Positions 48,462 to 60,400 of a stretch of 64,000 nucleotides of DNA are shown here, one piece after another. How positions within the stretch are numbered: the first letter of the stretch is position 1; every line of letters begins with the position of its first letter. Source of the DNA: Macrostomum lignano (taxonomy: Eukaryota); NCBI GenBank assembly GCA_002269645.1, contig NIVC01000339.1, forward strand, positions 50,756 through 114,755, read 5' to 3'. The translations under genes and the position numbers were made by a program. Under the pieces are notes generated by a model, which saw nothing but the letters and a program-made list of their open reading frames with translations, was not told the DNA's origin and did no database searches.

Positions 48462-49582
48462 TCTTCAATTACTGCTAACTGTGAAATTCTGATCAAATCT
48501 GCTCAGTGGCAAAAGGCAAAGCAGAATTCTTCAGCTGCTTTCAGTGCTAAGAATTGGCAGTAGGGCCGATCCTGTTCTAGGCAAGAAATTTATTCTGCAA
48601 TGCTTTGCGAAAGGATTCTGGACTAGGGCGGCTGCGGAGAGGGAAGACATCCCTCTAATGTACATCCCTACCCTCTCCCCTTCTTTCCTTCTCCCCTTCT
48701 CTCTCTCTAGTTTTCTTCCCAGTTCACACCCCAAGCTGGGGAAGAGGGATCCCTCACAGCCATCCAGAATTTTCCTCCTATCAACTCCCCCCCACACAAC
48801 CAATTCGTCCCAGGTCAGCCGTTGTCATGCAGGAAGGATTTCAAGGGTAAGGATTGAAGTGTACACCTTACTGGATTGGAAAATCAATAAAACACAAGGC
48901 GCCTCCACCTCTCCCGCGCTCAGCTGTACAGTGTGTCTTCTCCGCCTCTTACCGTTGAACAAAAAAGTCTTCTTTACTGTTTCTAATCGGAGACTGAATA
49001 AAGTCAGTGCAAGATGCTCAATGGTGCAGAGGATTATGCGAACAGATACTATGGTGCAGATTTGACCATATTTTTATAAGCTATACTCATCGATTCGATT
49101 TTATATTACTGAATTATAGACTCAGGCTGAACTTAGAAGATCGATAACCTTTCATTTCAAAACGCTTTTTAGGACACATACCTAAAATAATTACCTGTAG
49201 GCTCCATACTCGTTTGAGAATAGTACGAGTATATACGACTCATAGTAAGAAATCATTCAGTCTATTGCAATATACATAGTCATTTTTTTGTTTTCTTTTC
49301 AGATGCGCTACGAAAGAAGTTGAGCCAATTTTTTCAAATACAATCATATTGTATTTTAAGACACAAATCCTGCCTCTCCCGTGTTCAGTACAAACCCAAA
49401 AAGACATTTGCCATCATGGAAGTTTCGTGTATTCCGGACAGGAACCAATTCTTAATGATAAAAGTTGCAATCTTGCCTATTTTTAGCGCCAGTCAAACAA
49501 GTCTGCAAGTAAAATGTTATGCTTTCTACTGTCAGTAGCTGCAGAGAATGTGGCTATAAACTGGGCTATTAAGTTGCAACAG

Positions 49583-49698
49583 AGAAAATTCTAGAATCGG
49601 TGCTCCAAAAATAGCACAGCGAAGCAGTGGGCCTATGTGTGACGGTGGTGAATGGGGAATTCTGGAAATTTCTCGAAGCTGAGCTGCAGTCTATAAAA
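49583..49698 (+). promoter_or_regulatory. HSP70 promoter: two heat-shock elements and a TATA box
   Basis: GAAaaTTCtaGAA at 49584-49596, TTCtgGAAatTTCtcGAA at 49660-49677, TATAAAA at 49692-49698. Confidence 0.88.
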
Positions 49699-49834
49699 GC
49701 AGGCGTTCCTGCTGGCCCAGGAGCAAGCAGTTCGGATCGCAACCAAAGCAATCCAGAAGCATCCAAAGCAAGACAAGCCTTCCTCAGTGAAGAAGCCTCT
49801 TTCTCAGTCAAGCTCAGCTCAGTGAAGAAGCATC

Positions 49835-51751
49835 ATGGGCAAGAGGAGCAACGGACCTGCAATCGGCATCGACCTGGGCACCACGTACTCGTGCGTGGGC
49901 GTGTTCCAGGCAGGCAAAGTGGAGATCATTGCCAATGACCAGGGCAACCGAACCACGCCCAGCTACGTGGCCTTCACGGACACGGAGAGGCTGGTGGGCG
50001 ACGCGGCAAAAAACCAGGTGGCGATGAACCCGGAGAACACGGTGTTCGACGCCAAGCGACTCATCGGGAGGAAGTTCAGCGACGAGACGGTGCAGCGGGA
50101 CATGAAGCTGTGGCCGTTCAAAGTGGCGAACGACGGTGGGCGGCCGAAGATCGAGGTTCAGTACATGGGCGAGAGGCGGAGCTTCTACCCGGAGGAGATC
50201 TCGGCCATGGTGCTGACCAAGATGAAGGAGACGGCGGAGGCGTACCTCGGCGAGAAGGTGACTGACGCGGTGATCACGGTGCCGGCCTACTTCAACGACA
50301 GCCAGCGGCAGGCGACGAAGGATGCTGGCGCGATCGCCGGGCTGAATGTGCTGCGGATTGTGAACGAGCCGACGGCGGCTGCCCTGGCCTACGGGCTGGA
50401 CAAGAGCCTGGACGGCGAGAAGAACATTCTGATCTTCGACCTGGGAGGCGGCACATTCGATGTGTCCATCCTGACGGTGTCGGAGGGCAGCATGTTCGAG
50501 GTGCGATCGACGGCCGGTGACACTCATTTGGGCGGCGAAGACTTTGACAACCGGCTGGTAGAGCACCTGATCCAGGAGTTCAAGCGCAAGTACCGCAAGG
50601 ACATGAGCGGCAACGCCCGAGCAGTGAGGCGGCTGCGCACAGCGGCTGAGCGAGCGAAGCGAACTCTGAGCAGCTCAGCGCAGGCGAGCATTGAGATCGA
50701 CTCGCTGTTCGAGGGCATCGACTTTTACACCAGCGTGACCAGGGCTCGGTTCGAGGAGCTGTGCGCTGACCTCTTCCGTCAGACGATGGAGCCGGTGGAG
50801 CGAGCGCTGAGGGACGCCAAGATGGACAAGAGCAGCGTCAGCGAGATTGTGCTGGTCGGCGGATCGACGAGGATCCCGAAGGTGCAGAAGCTGCTGCAGG
50901 AGTTCATGGGCGGCCGGACGCTGAACAAGTCGATCAACCCGGATGAGGCGGTCGCGTACGGAGCCGCGGTGCAGGCGGCGGTGCTGACCGGTGTGAAGGA
51001 CGAGAAGATCGAAGACCTGCTGCTGCTTGACGTGGCTCCGCTGTCGCTGGGCATCGAGACTGCCGGCGGCGTGATGACCAAGATCGTGGAGAGGAACAGC
51101 CGCATCCCGACCAAGGCGACGCAGACGTTCACCACGTACTCTGACAACCAGAGCGGCGTCACGGTGCAGGTGTTTGAGGGCGAGCGGGCGCTGACCAGGG
51201 ACAACCATCTGCTGGGCCGGTTCAACCTGGACGGCATCCCGCCAGCGCCGCGCGGAGTCCCGCAGATCGAGGTGACCTTTGACGTAGACGCCAACGGAAT
51301 CCTGGTGGTGTCGGCGAAGGACAAGAGCACCAGCAAGGAGGAGAAGATCACGATCACGAACGACAAGGGTCGGCTGTCGAAGGACGAGATCGAACGGATG
51401 GTGCGGGACGCGGAGAAGTTCCGCGAGGAGGACGAGCGGCACCGCGAGCGCCTGGCGGCCCGCAACCAGCTGGAATCGCTCGCCTTCCAGTACAAGCAGG
51501 CGGCCAACGACTGCAAGGACCGGCTGGGCGAGAAGGAGGCCCACGAGGTGACCGCCGCTTGCGACCGCGTCATCTCCTGGCTGGAGAACAACCAGACGGC
51601 CGACAAGGACGAGATCGCCGAACAGCAGCGGCAGCTGAGCAGCCTGTGCTCGCCTCTCATGGCCAAGCTGCATCAGCAGCAGCAGTCGCCTCCGCAGGGT
51701 CCGCAGCGAGCGGGACGAGCGGGCGGACCCACCGTCGAGGAGGTGGACTGA
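49835..51751 (+). CDS. HSP70: Cytosolic stress-inducible HSP70, intronless, 638 aa
   Basis: [36 protein letters not shown] and C-terminal GPTVEEVD. Single exon with HSEs upstream. Confidence 0.97.
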   Translation: MGKRSNGPAIGIDLGTTYSCVGVFQAGKVEIIANDQGNRTTPSYVAFTDTERLVGDAAKNQVAMNPENTVFDAKRLIGRKFSDETVQRDMKLWPFKVANDGGRPKIEVQYMGERRSFYPEEISAMVLTKMKETAEAYLGEKVTDAVITVPAYFNDSQRQATKDAGAIAGLNVLRIVNEPTAAALAYGLDKSLDGEKNILIFDLGGGTFDVSILTVSEGSMFEVRSTAGDTHLGGEDFDNRLVEHLIQEFKRKYRKDMSGNARAVRRLRTAAERAKRTLSSSAQASIEIDSLFEGIDFYTSVTRARFEELCADLFRQTMEPVERALRDAKMDKSSVSEIVLVGGSTRIPKVQKLLQEFMGGRTLNKSINPDEAVAYGAAVQAAVLTGVKDEKIEDLLLLDVAPLSLGIETAGGVMTKIVERNSRIPTKATQTFTTYSDNQSGVTVQVFEGERALTRDNHLLGRFNLDGIPPAPRGVPQIEVTFDVDANGILVVSAKDKSTSKEEKITITNDKGRLSKDEIERMVRDAEKFREEDERHRERLAARNQLESLAFQYKQAANDCKDRLGEKEAHEVTAACDRVISWLENNQTADKDEIAEQQRQLSSLCSPLMAKLHQQQQSPPQGPQRAGRAGGPTVEEVD

Positions 51752-53589
51752 GCTCCTGTCGCAGACGAAAGTTTGATGATCGATTTGAGCTCTGACTCTG
51801 AATTACTCCGATCAGCGTTGTGTTCCGGAACAGTTTTATCTACTTTTGATTAATTTTTATTTTTGTATGCGTCTGTAAATGCAATCGATAATCAAGTACA
51901 TGTACATGTATGGTAGCCTTGTACACATTCAGCTGAAAGTATACTTAACTTGCGTGAGATGATAATAAAAAAGGAGCTAGCTTCTCTAGCTACCCTCCAA
52001 AGTAGCATTCTATTATTTTATTTATAGAAAACTATAATTTTATAAGTATAGTAATTGGTTTTTGTCACATTTCTAGTCATAATTTTGTTTACAAAAGATT
52101 TGTAAAACGTATGAAGTTTAAGTTTCAATACCTGAAGTCCATGTGTTGGATCATTTCAGAGGTTGTCCAAGAGTTTCAAGCTGTCTAGCTCCGGAAAGAC
52201 TAGCAAGTTATAACAATATTTTTTTTCTTATTTTGATTAGGTCCTACAATTGAGAAAAATATTTTTTAAAGTCAATGATTAAAGCACAGTTGTGCTTTTT
52301 TTACGCATTCACGTGGTTGCCGAAAATAGTACTTTTGTTTAAAATTTAAAATTTAGACATGGGATGCTGGATCCTGGCTTCATCATGATCGATGATCACT
52401 ATCACTTCAAACTAAACTAAAGTTCAGCATGGGTATTTCGTATTAGCATCCGAGGACCGAGGCTAATTAAGTGCATTGTTGTATGTATCTTTTTTAGATT
52501 GTGGTAGGATCTAGGCCTATGCATTTGCAATATATGTGGTAAACTTCTGTTCTGCGTTTATGAAGTATAATAATAAAAAAAGGATTTATTGGAAGGGCTG
52601 TCTTACTTACAACTAAGAAGATCATCTTGGTTTATTTATTTAATGGAATAACCAAGGGACAAGGGGTGACAAAACCCGACTTTGTTAGAAATCTTTACAT
52701 TGTTTATTATTGCATACTAAATGCTTAATGCTTATTTTCTTAATATTATATTTGTGCACTTATGTTTTACAAAAAATTGATGTATCCATTAAAAACTTAT
52801 TTCACTTCATATGCTCTATCATGTTTTGCAACTGGCGGTAGGAAAGAATTTAGATTTTTAAAAAAATACTTGAATCACTATATTTAAAGTACTAGATATT
52901 TTCTAATTTTAATAGGCCTATTACTATTTTGCCTAAGCTAATTGCAACAAATAGAAACAGTTTCACTTAACCTATTTAGTATTAATCATTACCAATTTCT
53001 AATTTCTTATTGTATAAAAAACTATTATATTGTTTTGAAACAGACTTTTCAAAACTTCCTGTGTGACTAAGCTTTGTTTACAAATGTCATATATTTTTAG
53101 AAAGTTATTTTATTTGTATCCATGTTTTTTTGGAACTTTTTCTTATGAAAGTATAAATATACAACTTCCCCTTGTTTATTCAAGTTTTATTTGATATCCC
53201 TGGTGTCTAGCATGCTTCTTTACTACTAGGCAGCCTAGCCACTAAGCTTGCTAGGCTATTCAGTTCGTCTATAATATAAATGTACTACATTTTATTTGTC
53301 TATGTTAAGATCCTAGTTTTTTTCCTTACTTATTTGCATAGGAATATAGCAAAACTATATTCAGTTTATATTAAAACAAAAAAAAATCAATTTAAATAAA
53401 AATATTTTCACTTTTATAAAAATTCACAAAGGAATAAGAAATATAAAACACAAAAAGACATTCATGATATATAATAGCATATACATACAATTTAACAAAA
53501 ATTGTCTATATTATATTGTGATTCAAATGTCAGATTAAATTAAACCCAAATTCTGCTCAATGAATTTTCTCAAAGAATTTGCTCAAAGT

Positions 53590-54290
53590 CAGTTTCTCAG
53601 CTGACTATAGAGCTAGCCTGCTATATTGTGGTGTGACAATACTGCTTGCTACACTAAAGAGCCATTCAACATTAGCACTAGATAGTAAAGTATATAAGTA
53701 TCATTGACCAAGCAGCCTTAGCAACAGCTGGGAATTTGGCTTGGCCAATTTTTGCCCAATACTGCAATGTAGCCATAGTTTGTACAATTACTATCAAGTT
53801 GTGTGCCAGAACTAAATTTTGTATGCAATTGAAGGAGTGACTTTTTATACATGTTTCTACACAGATTTGTTCCATTTTTTAAGTATACAAAAGTGCAATT
53901 TCTTACCTGGCTATAAAAGGTAGCACTGCATCAATGGGACTGATTGGCTATTGATAAGTAGATGCATAGCCAGTCTCTGACTAGCTCTCTGGGTCAAAAT
54001 TGTTTAGGCAGAATCTCTGCACTTCCTTGGTAGCATTGTTGGTAGCAGCTAGTTTGGGAGATATAGCTATTGTAATAGCTTCTTCCCGTGATAGTGCAGC
54101 TTCCACAAGTAGCTTCCACAAAACATTCCACAAGGAGCTGCACCTTTCGTCTCTTGTTAGAGTTGCAAATGCCTCCTATCTTGCTAGTCTTGGATTAAGA
54201 ATAGTAGCATTGGTTTTTAGCTTGTTAGCTTGTGATTCAGTAAATGACTGTAGACTTTTAGACATATGGAAGCCACAATTTTAGACTTTA
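53590..54290 (-). pseudogene. Decayed hAT transposase fragment (C-terminal dimerisation region)
   Basis: The minus strand reads ATILNPR (54208-54188), LQYWAKIGQAKFPAVAKAA, then after a frameshift SANVEWLFSVAS..SRL..AEKL. These match hAT ATxLDPR and FP.LA..A..S..ERLFS..RL. Stops and frameshifts are present. Confidence 0.72.
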
Positions 54291-54412
54291 TTAGATTATG
54301 AATTTTTATATGTGTATTACTAAATCAGGACAAGCTTGGTTGTCATAAATATATTAATATCTTTGATCAAGGCTGCCTATGTTTTATTTCAGGCCTGTAT
54401 CTAGCAACGAGT

Positions 54413-57400
54413 ATGGTCATATGTAATGGTGGTGGAACCCTACAAAAACATGTCATTGGGAAAAACATTTCAGCTCTGAAGCAATGCCTTATAAAAGGTA
54501 ACATTTAAATTCTGTTCAAAGTTACATAATACAATGTGCAATTATTGATGTGATTATTTGTTTACTTTTAGGCCTGCACCCGAATGCAGAAAATGAGAAT
54601 GGAGAAACGGCACTGTTTGTTGCATCCTACTATGGACATGAGGACATTGTTGACCTATTGCTATGTAGTGGAGCTAAGCCTAACCTGTAAGCTATGGTCA
54701 ACTCTGAAGCTATTGTTTTTAAATCTGCTGGTGAAGTGAAATACAATGCCAGATGAAGTATGTTGGGATAGAAAAAGTTGAAAAAAGGATAGCAAAAGGA
54801 TATTCATCATCATCAGGTCCCTAAGCCATTATGGCCGTTGGTGCACCCATTTCTCGACAGCGACTCCACCTCCGATCCAAGACCGTCTTGCTCAGCTGCA
54901 TAATCCTCTCTCCACTCTACTTGATTGCCTGTCCAGTCACCTTGTGCCTCTGCCCCTTCGTCCCTCAACATCACCTTAAACCACAGCCTTCAGCACCCCA
55001 TCACTTGCAACATTCCCGAAGAAACGGAGTCTTCTTATCCTTCCAGGAAATGCCCAGCATCCTTCTGTAGATCTTCATCTCGAAAGCTCTCGTCATTTTC
55101 ATCTTTCTTCTTCTCCATTATCCAGCTCTCTCTGGCATAGAGAAGAGTTGCCATGACTACCAATCTCATCGGCAGCATTTTACTTTCCATGTGAATGTTT
55201 TTTTGCTCTCCAGATGTTGTCCAATTTCTCTAGCGCAATTTTAGCTCTTTCTATCCGTATCCAAATCTCCATGTTTGGCTTTCCATCGTCCTTTATTCTT
55301 AATCCAAAGTAGTCATTTAGCTCCTCACCTGTTACAAAGGTACACGATTAACCGTCACATTCACCAACTGATTCTGTGTGTCCGTCCTCCTGCTAATACT
55401 CTTGACTCCCTAACAAAGGATATCAGGGAGAATTTAATTTTTTTAACATAATTTTTGTACATGCAATGCCTTCTAATTCAAATAATTCAAAAGTCCGAAC
55501 AAGCAGGGTAACACGCCGTTGCACGGGGCAGCCAGCCGCGGCCACCACCGAGTGATGAGTCGCCTGATCTCCTCCGGCGCCGACCTCAGCCTGGTCAACT
55601 CCGACGGCAAACGGGTCGCCGATGTCGCTCGCGGCAGACGGGTGATCGATATTGTTGAAAGGAAATGGGCCACCTTTCAGCGGCTCATCAACTGCGGCCA
55701 CCTGCGGCCCGGCCGCGAGCACTGGCCGCCCGGCGTGATGGACACCGGCTTCGGGCCCGTGGTCATCGCCGACGGCTCGCCGGCCCTGCTGCACGGCCTG
55801 CCGATCGTCAATGCAGCCACCGACGAGCTGCGGGACGACCCAGCGCTGGTCCGGTCCTACAGGTGCGGGGCCTTCACTGAGATTGTCAGGTAGGTCGGCC
55901 AACTTGACACTCTGAGCTGCTTGTACCGCGTGCATCAACGGTGTGAGAGTACAGTGTTGGCTTGCATGTTCGATTGCTTTTTATGAGGCTCACACGTGCG
56001 TACGACTCGCTGCACATCACCTTCTCGGTGTTCACGGTCTCTTGATTGATCGCCCTGTGCCAAGTGGCACCACGGTGAATGGTGAATGCTAAGAAACATT
56101 CATTCAACCTATCCTCCAGTAAAATGTTACTGTGTCAAGAATCGCTAAAGAGTCATTGCAAACACATCTCTAGTGACTCTATCTAGTCTAATTCGGCTCT
56201 TGTGACCTTTAACGACTCAAAACGATTGTAATGCGACAGAGAGGCGACTGTTGAGTCACGAGCACATCACGTGAGTCGTAGAATATTAAGAGTCGCAAGT
56301 CGTCCAAGAGTCGTTGTGTTATATATTAACTTTCAACTTTAACTTTAACTCAAGTAGACTAAATAAAGTTGTTACAGATGCAAAATGCAATTCTTTGTTG
56401 TTAAACGGGGGTGGAAAGCCAGGGGCTTACCGCGGATCAGCCCGAAAGGGGGCTCTACCGCAGGGATCTGAAAGGGCCATACTGCCAGGGGCATGTAGCC
56501 CGAGAGGCCACAATCGGGACCAGAGCTCAGGACTCTGGTGAGAGCCTAGTGAATTGGTGCTACTAGCCCAAACCTACGGTATAAGACACCGCCAACCCAG
56601 AAAGTGGAATCAGGGACGGTGCTAGGATCGAGTCCACCCAGGCCACCACCCAGCAGACAAGTCCTCGGGAGTGCGCAGAAAAAATTGGAATTAGCGAAAA
56701 AAGCTTGGGTTACTACTAAAAGCGGTCCGAGAGCGGGGAAACCCCGAGGTCTACGGAAATGGCTTAATTATTGGAACGAGTCTGGAAGGCTTGTTTCCGA
56801 GGGCGAGACTCCAGGCAGGAAACACCACTACCGGCTACAAACCCAAGGGTATCGCCTATCCAGCTCAATATTGGAGGCCAGGCCAAGGGGTCGCGAAGGG
56901 GCACAATGAGCAAGAGGACCCGGACTCAGCCGGTATCCCCGAATCGGGCGAACTCATTCCCCAGGACACCAATACACTGTCAGGATGAGAGCCAGAGACA
57001 CTTAGGCAGGGAGACAGCCAGAGGAGCCAGCAGATGGACCAAGGACAGCGCAGGATGGACCGGGCAGGGAGGGCAGAGCTCATAACTCCGGAGAATTGGA
57101 GCGGAAATCTAAGGCCTTACATTAATAAAACCAATACAGTAATGGGGATAAAAACAGGACGGAGGAGCACCTGAACCCTACTAGCAGGTGGAGGGACCCT
57201 GCTTCCTGGGGCTCAGCCTCAGGGCTGGCATCAACTGGGCTCTACCGTACACCTTCGTGAATGGTCATTCTTTCCTGCAGGGCGGGTACGACCGGGGGGC
57301 TCAAGTCCCGTTCTAGCCACACTGCAGTCCAGAGTACACACTCACCCCAGGTACATCCCCCTAAACGAAGGCCGAGGGCCAAATAATTGGAATGCACGAA

Positions 57401-60400
57401 AAAGAATGGTTGGGGTTATTTTTAGAATGGGCACAGCCCCTCCGGGGCGGACCCTTAGAAATTGGGCTAGCCGAAGCCAGGCCAATCGGATTGCGCACAA
57501 CCCTTAGACAAGCTACCAGAGAGGCAGCCAGGGTAAAAACAGTCAGAGACCGTCTTTACGGCAAAATGCAATTCTTTAGACAAAATCTGTGTAGTGCTTG
57601 TCTCGAAAGTGCTTTAAAACGCAAAATTTAACGTCTAATTTATATTAGTAGTTTTAGTTTCTTTTGTAAAATTAGCCATCTACTACTTAATTCAAAATTC
57701 AGTCAGTAGTATCAATAGATCATTAGTATTATTCCCCTTAATTGTCTATTCTTCAATCGGTAAAATTTACCATCATAACAGCATGACCTGGCGCAGCTCC
57801 GCGGTGTCCGTGCGCCAGCTCAACCGTCACTACGTTACCAAGGCAACTGGTGCTTACGTGAAGTGTCTTGTGCTCAATCAGGCTGTCTGGGAGGTGACCG
57901 CGGCCAGCTCGCTACGGCATCCCGCCATCCTCACCATGATGGCAGTGAGCGTCGACACGCACTCTGTTCACGCTTACCCCATTATCACGCCTGTGAGTCT
58001 TTGTTCCTTTTATTTTATGGTAAACTTGGTAAGATTGTAGAGTTGTGAGACTGATAATTGTCACTTTCCATTGTCAAATAGTTCACAATTAGGCCTGTTG
58101 GCTTTGTTAGACTGTTCGCATCGTCAAACTGTTTACATTTTCAGGCTGCTGATATTGTCAAACTGCTCACATTGTCAGACTGTTCACATTGTCAAACTGC
58201 TCATATTGTCAAACTGCTCACATTGTCAGACTATTCACATTGTCGTACTGCTCACATTGTCAGACTGTTTATACAAACTGAATGCCAATGTCAGCAACTG
58301 TCAGACACTCCTATCCCAATTCCCAATCCTGGCGCCTCAGATATTCGAGCGAGTTGGCCTGGGCTCGCTGTTCCACCACCTGCACGTGCGCCACCAGCCT
58401 CTCAACGATGCGACCCGGTACGCCTACCTGCGCCAGATTGGCGAGGCCCTCGCCTTCCTGCACTCGCGTGGCGTTGTCCACACAGCGCTCAGCTCACACG
58501 CTGTGCACCTGGTGTCGCCCAGCCTGGCCAAGCTCGGCTGCCTGGAATACGCCGTCTGCACAGCCGACACCGGGCCGAGGTGCTCCTACGCCTCGCTGAA
58601 TGATTGCTACCGGGCCGTGGCCAACTGGCTGGCTCCGGAGCTGCTCAACCGGCTGCCAGCCACGGCCGCTGCCGACGTCTACGGGCTGGGCGTTGTGGCC
58701 TGGGAGATGTGGACTGCCCAGGTAAGGATTTGCTGGTGTACTAGATTAGCTTTTGAATGCTTTTGTTTCAATCTGGCAATCCTGAACTTCAAAATGGCTC
58801 TTAAAATGTCCTCCTTTGCAGGTGCCGCACGAGACCGCCCAATCGGCAGCCGACATTCGGCGTCGTCTCAGTCAGCGCAGCTCGGACTGGCTGAGCCGCT
58901 GGCGCGATCGCCGCCTGCCGGAGTCGCTGCAGCAGCTGGTGCTGTCGGCCGTGCTGCCGGAGCCGCACAGGAGGCCCCCGTTGGACACTGTCTGCCGATT
59001 GCTGGTCTACGGCTACTGGGGAGCGCAGCGCGACGGCGACGATCGATTTGGTGACAATCTGGCGCGTCGGGTTCGACGAAGTTCGCCAGCTGCTTGCGCT
59101 GCTGCGGCCGCTGAAGGTAAGCAATCTGGTTGCGAGTGAGGAGCCAAGTGATTTGTTATTTTGCACTGCTGCAAACCAACAGTGCCAACAGTGGACCCGT
59201 ACTGTACGTGTAGTATATAGGGAACACTGAAATCCATAACGGCCTTGTCACGACGCGAGTCATTCAAAACAGTCCTTAATGTTATTTCTGTGTGCCTTAA
59301 ACTCAATTTGAGGAGTAATTTCTGACAGTCGATGAGTTGCTTTTAAAGCTTGCTCGATACTTCTTTTAATGAAAAAGAGACTCGTTTCTTGTGTTTATAA
59401 CGAGTCAACGACGCTGAAAATCGGGTAATGACGAATGAAACAGCAAACAGCATACTAGGCAACAAGCCGAATGCAACCTTCCCAAAGACCCTTTGAAAGC
59501 GTTACCATTTCGTTACGTTAACGTTACCGACAAGAATCGCTAGAGTTATTGAAAGCAACTCTCTAGTGACTCAAAATGAGTTGTAATGTGACTGTTGAGT
59601 CACGAGCGCGTCACGTGAGTTGCAGAATCGTAAAAGAGTCGCGAAAAAGCCGTCCACTTTCTACTGACTCGAGCAGACTAAATAGAGTCGAACTGCGATT
59701 CTAACTAACTCATTGTCGCGTCGTTTAAGAGTTCACCTGAATAGCACGATGATTTGGTAGAATCAACGATGTCTCAGTTTCGATATATTATTCATAAACG
59801 ATGCTAACAGAAACGATGCACAATATAAAATATTAACGCATTGGAGTGGCGGGGCATACGGGCGCGAAATGGGGTGGTGGGCACACAAGATGTACAGTCA
59901 ATAATTCAATAGTCATTTAGTTAGTCATTCAGTTACAAGTGCAGCGGCAGACTCCAGCGCTGCCTCATTCATAAAGCGCGCATGTGCACTTTAGATTCTA
60001 GACTCTACGGCCCCCGAGTCATTATAGATCGAAGCGCTCCAGGGTCACTTGCGTTGCCTCAGAGTTGCAAACAATAAAACGCCTCAAATTGACTCTTAGG
60101 CGACTAACGACTTTTTGGCGACTTTTATCATGACTCGTCGTTTAAGGGTCGTCTAGAGTCACTTCTTTCTGATTTTACCTGTGTTACCTGCAATAACTCT
60201 CGGACGCTTCTTAGCCTAGTTGCCGGTTTCATCGGTAAGCACCGAGAGCTCAGAAGCAATTTTCTAATTTCCTTTTTTATGTTTCCATTTCAAAGATATT
60301 TTCATTTGATCTAGAACAAAATCGATAGCTTTGATATTAGAATGTAGAGAAATCGCACATGGTTTCCAATTAAACTCCATCCGGACACAAAACAAAAATA

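Noticed and set aside
49814-51673. Long antisense ORFs over HSP70
   Set aside because: These are shadow ORFs caused by high GC3; antisense ORFs opposite hsp70 genes are a familiar artefact.
4296-51751. Chaperone cluster (PIH1D1, J-like ORF3, HSP70) as a functional locus
   Set aside because: The genes are tens of kb apart, separated by unrelated genes, and one is probably TE-borne. Co-location is most likely chance.
56400-56525. HDV-like or twister ribozyme at the end of the 1.16-kb insertion
   Set aside because: Some hairpins are present, but I could not fit P1/P3/L3 spacing or the twister core. It is kept only as a structured end.
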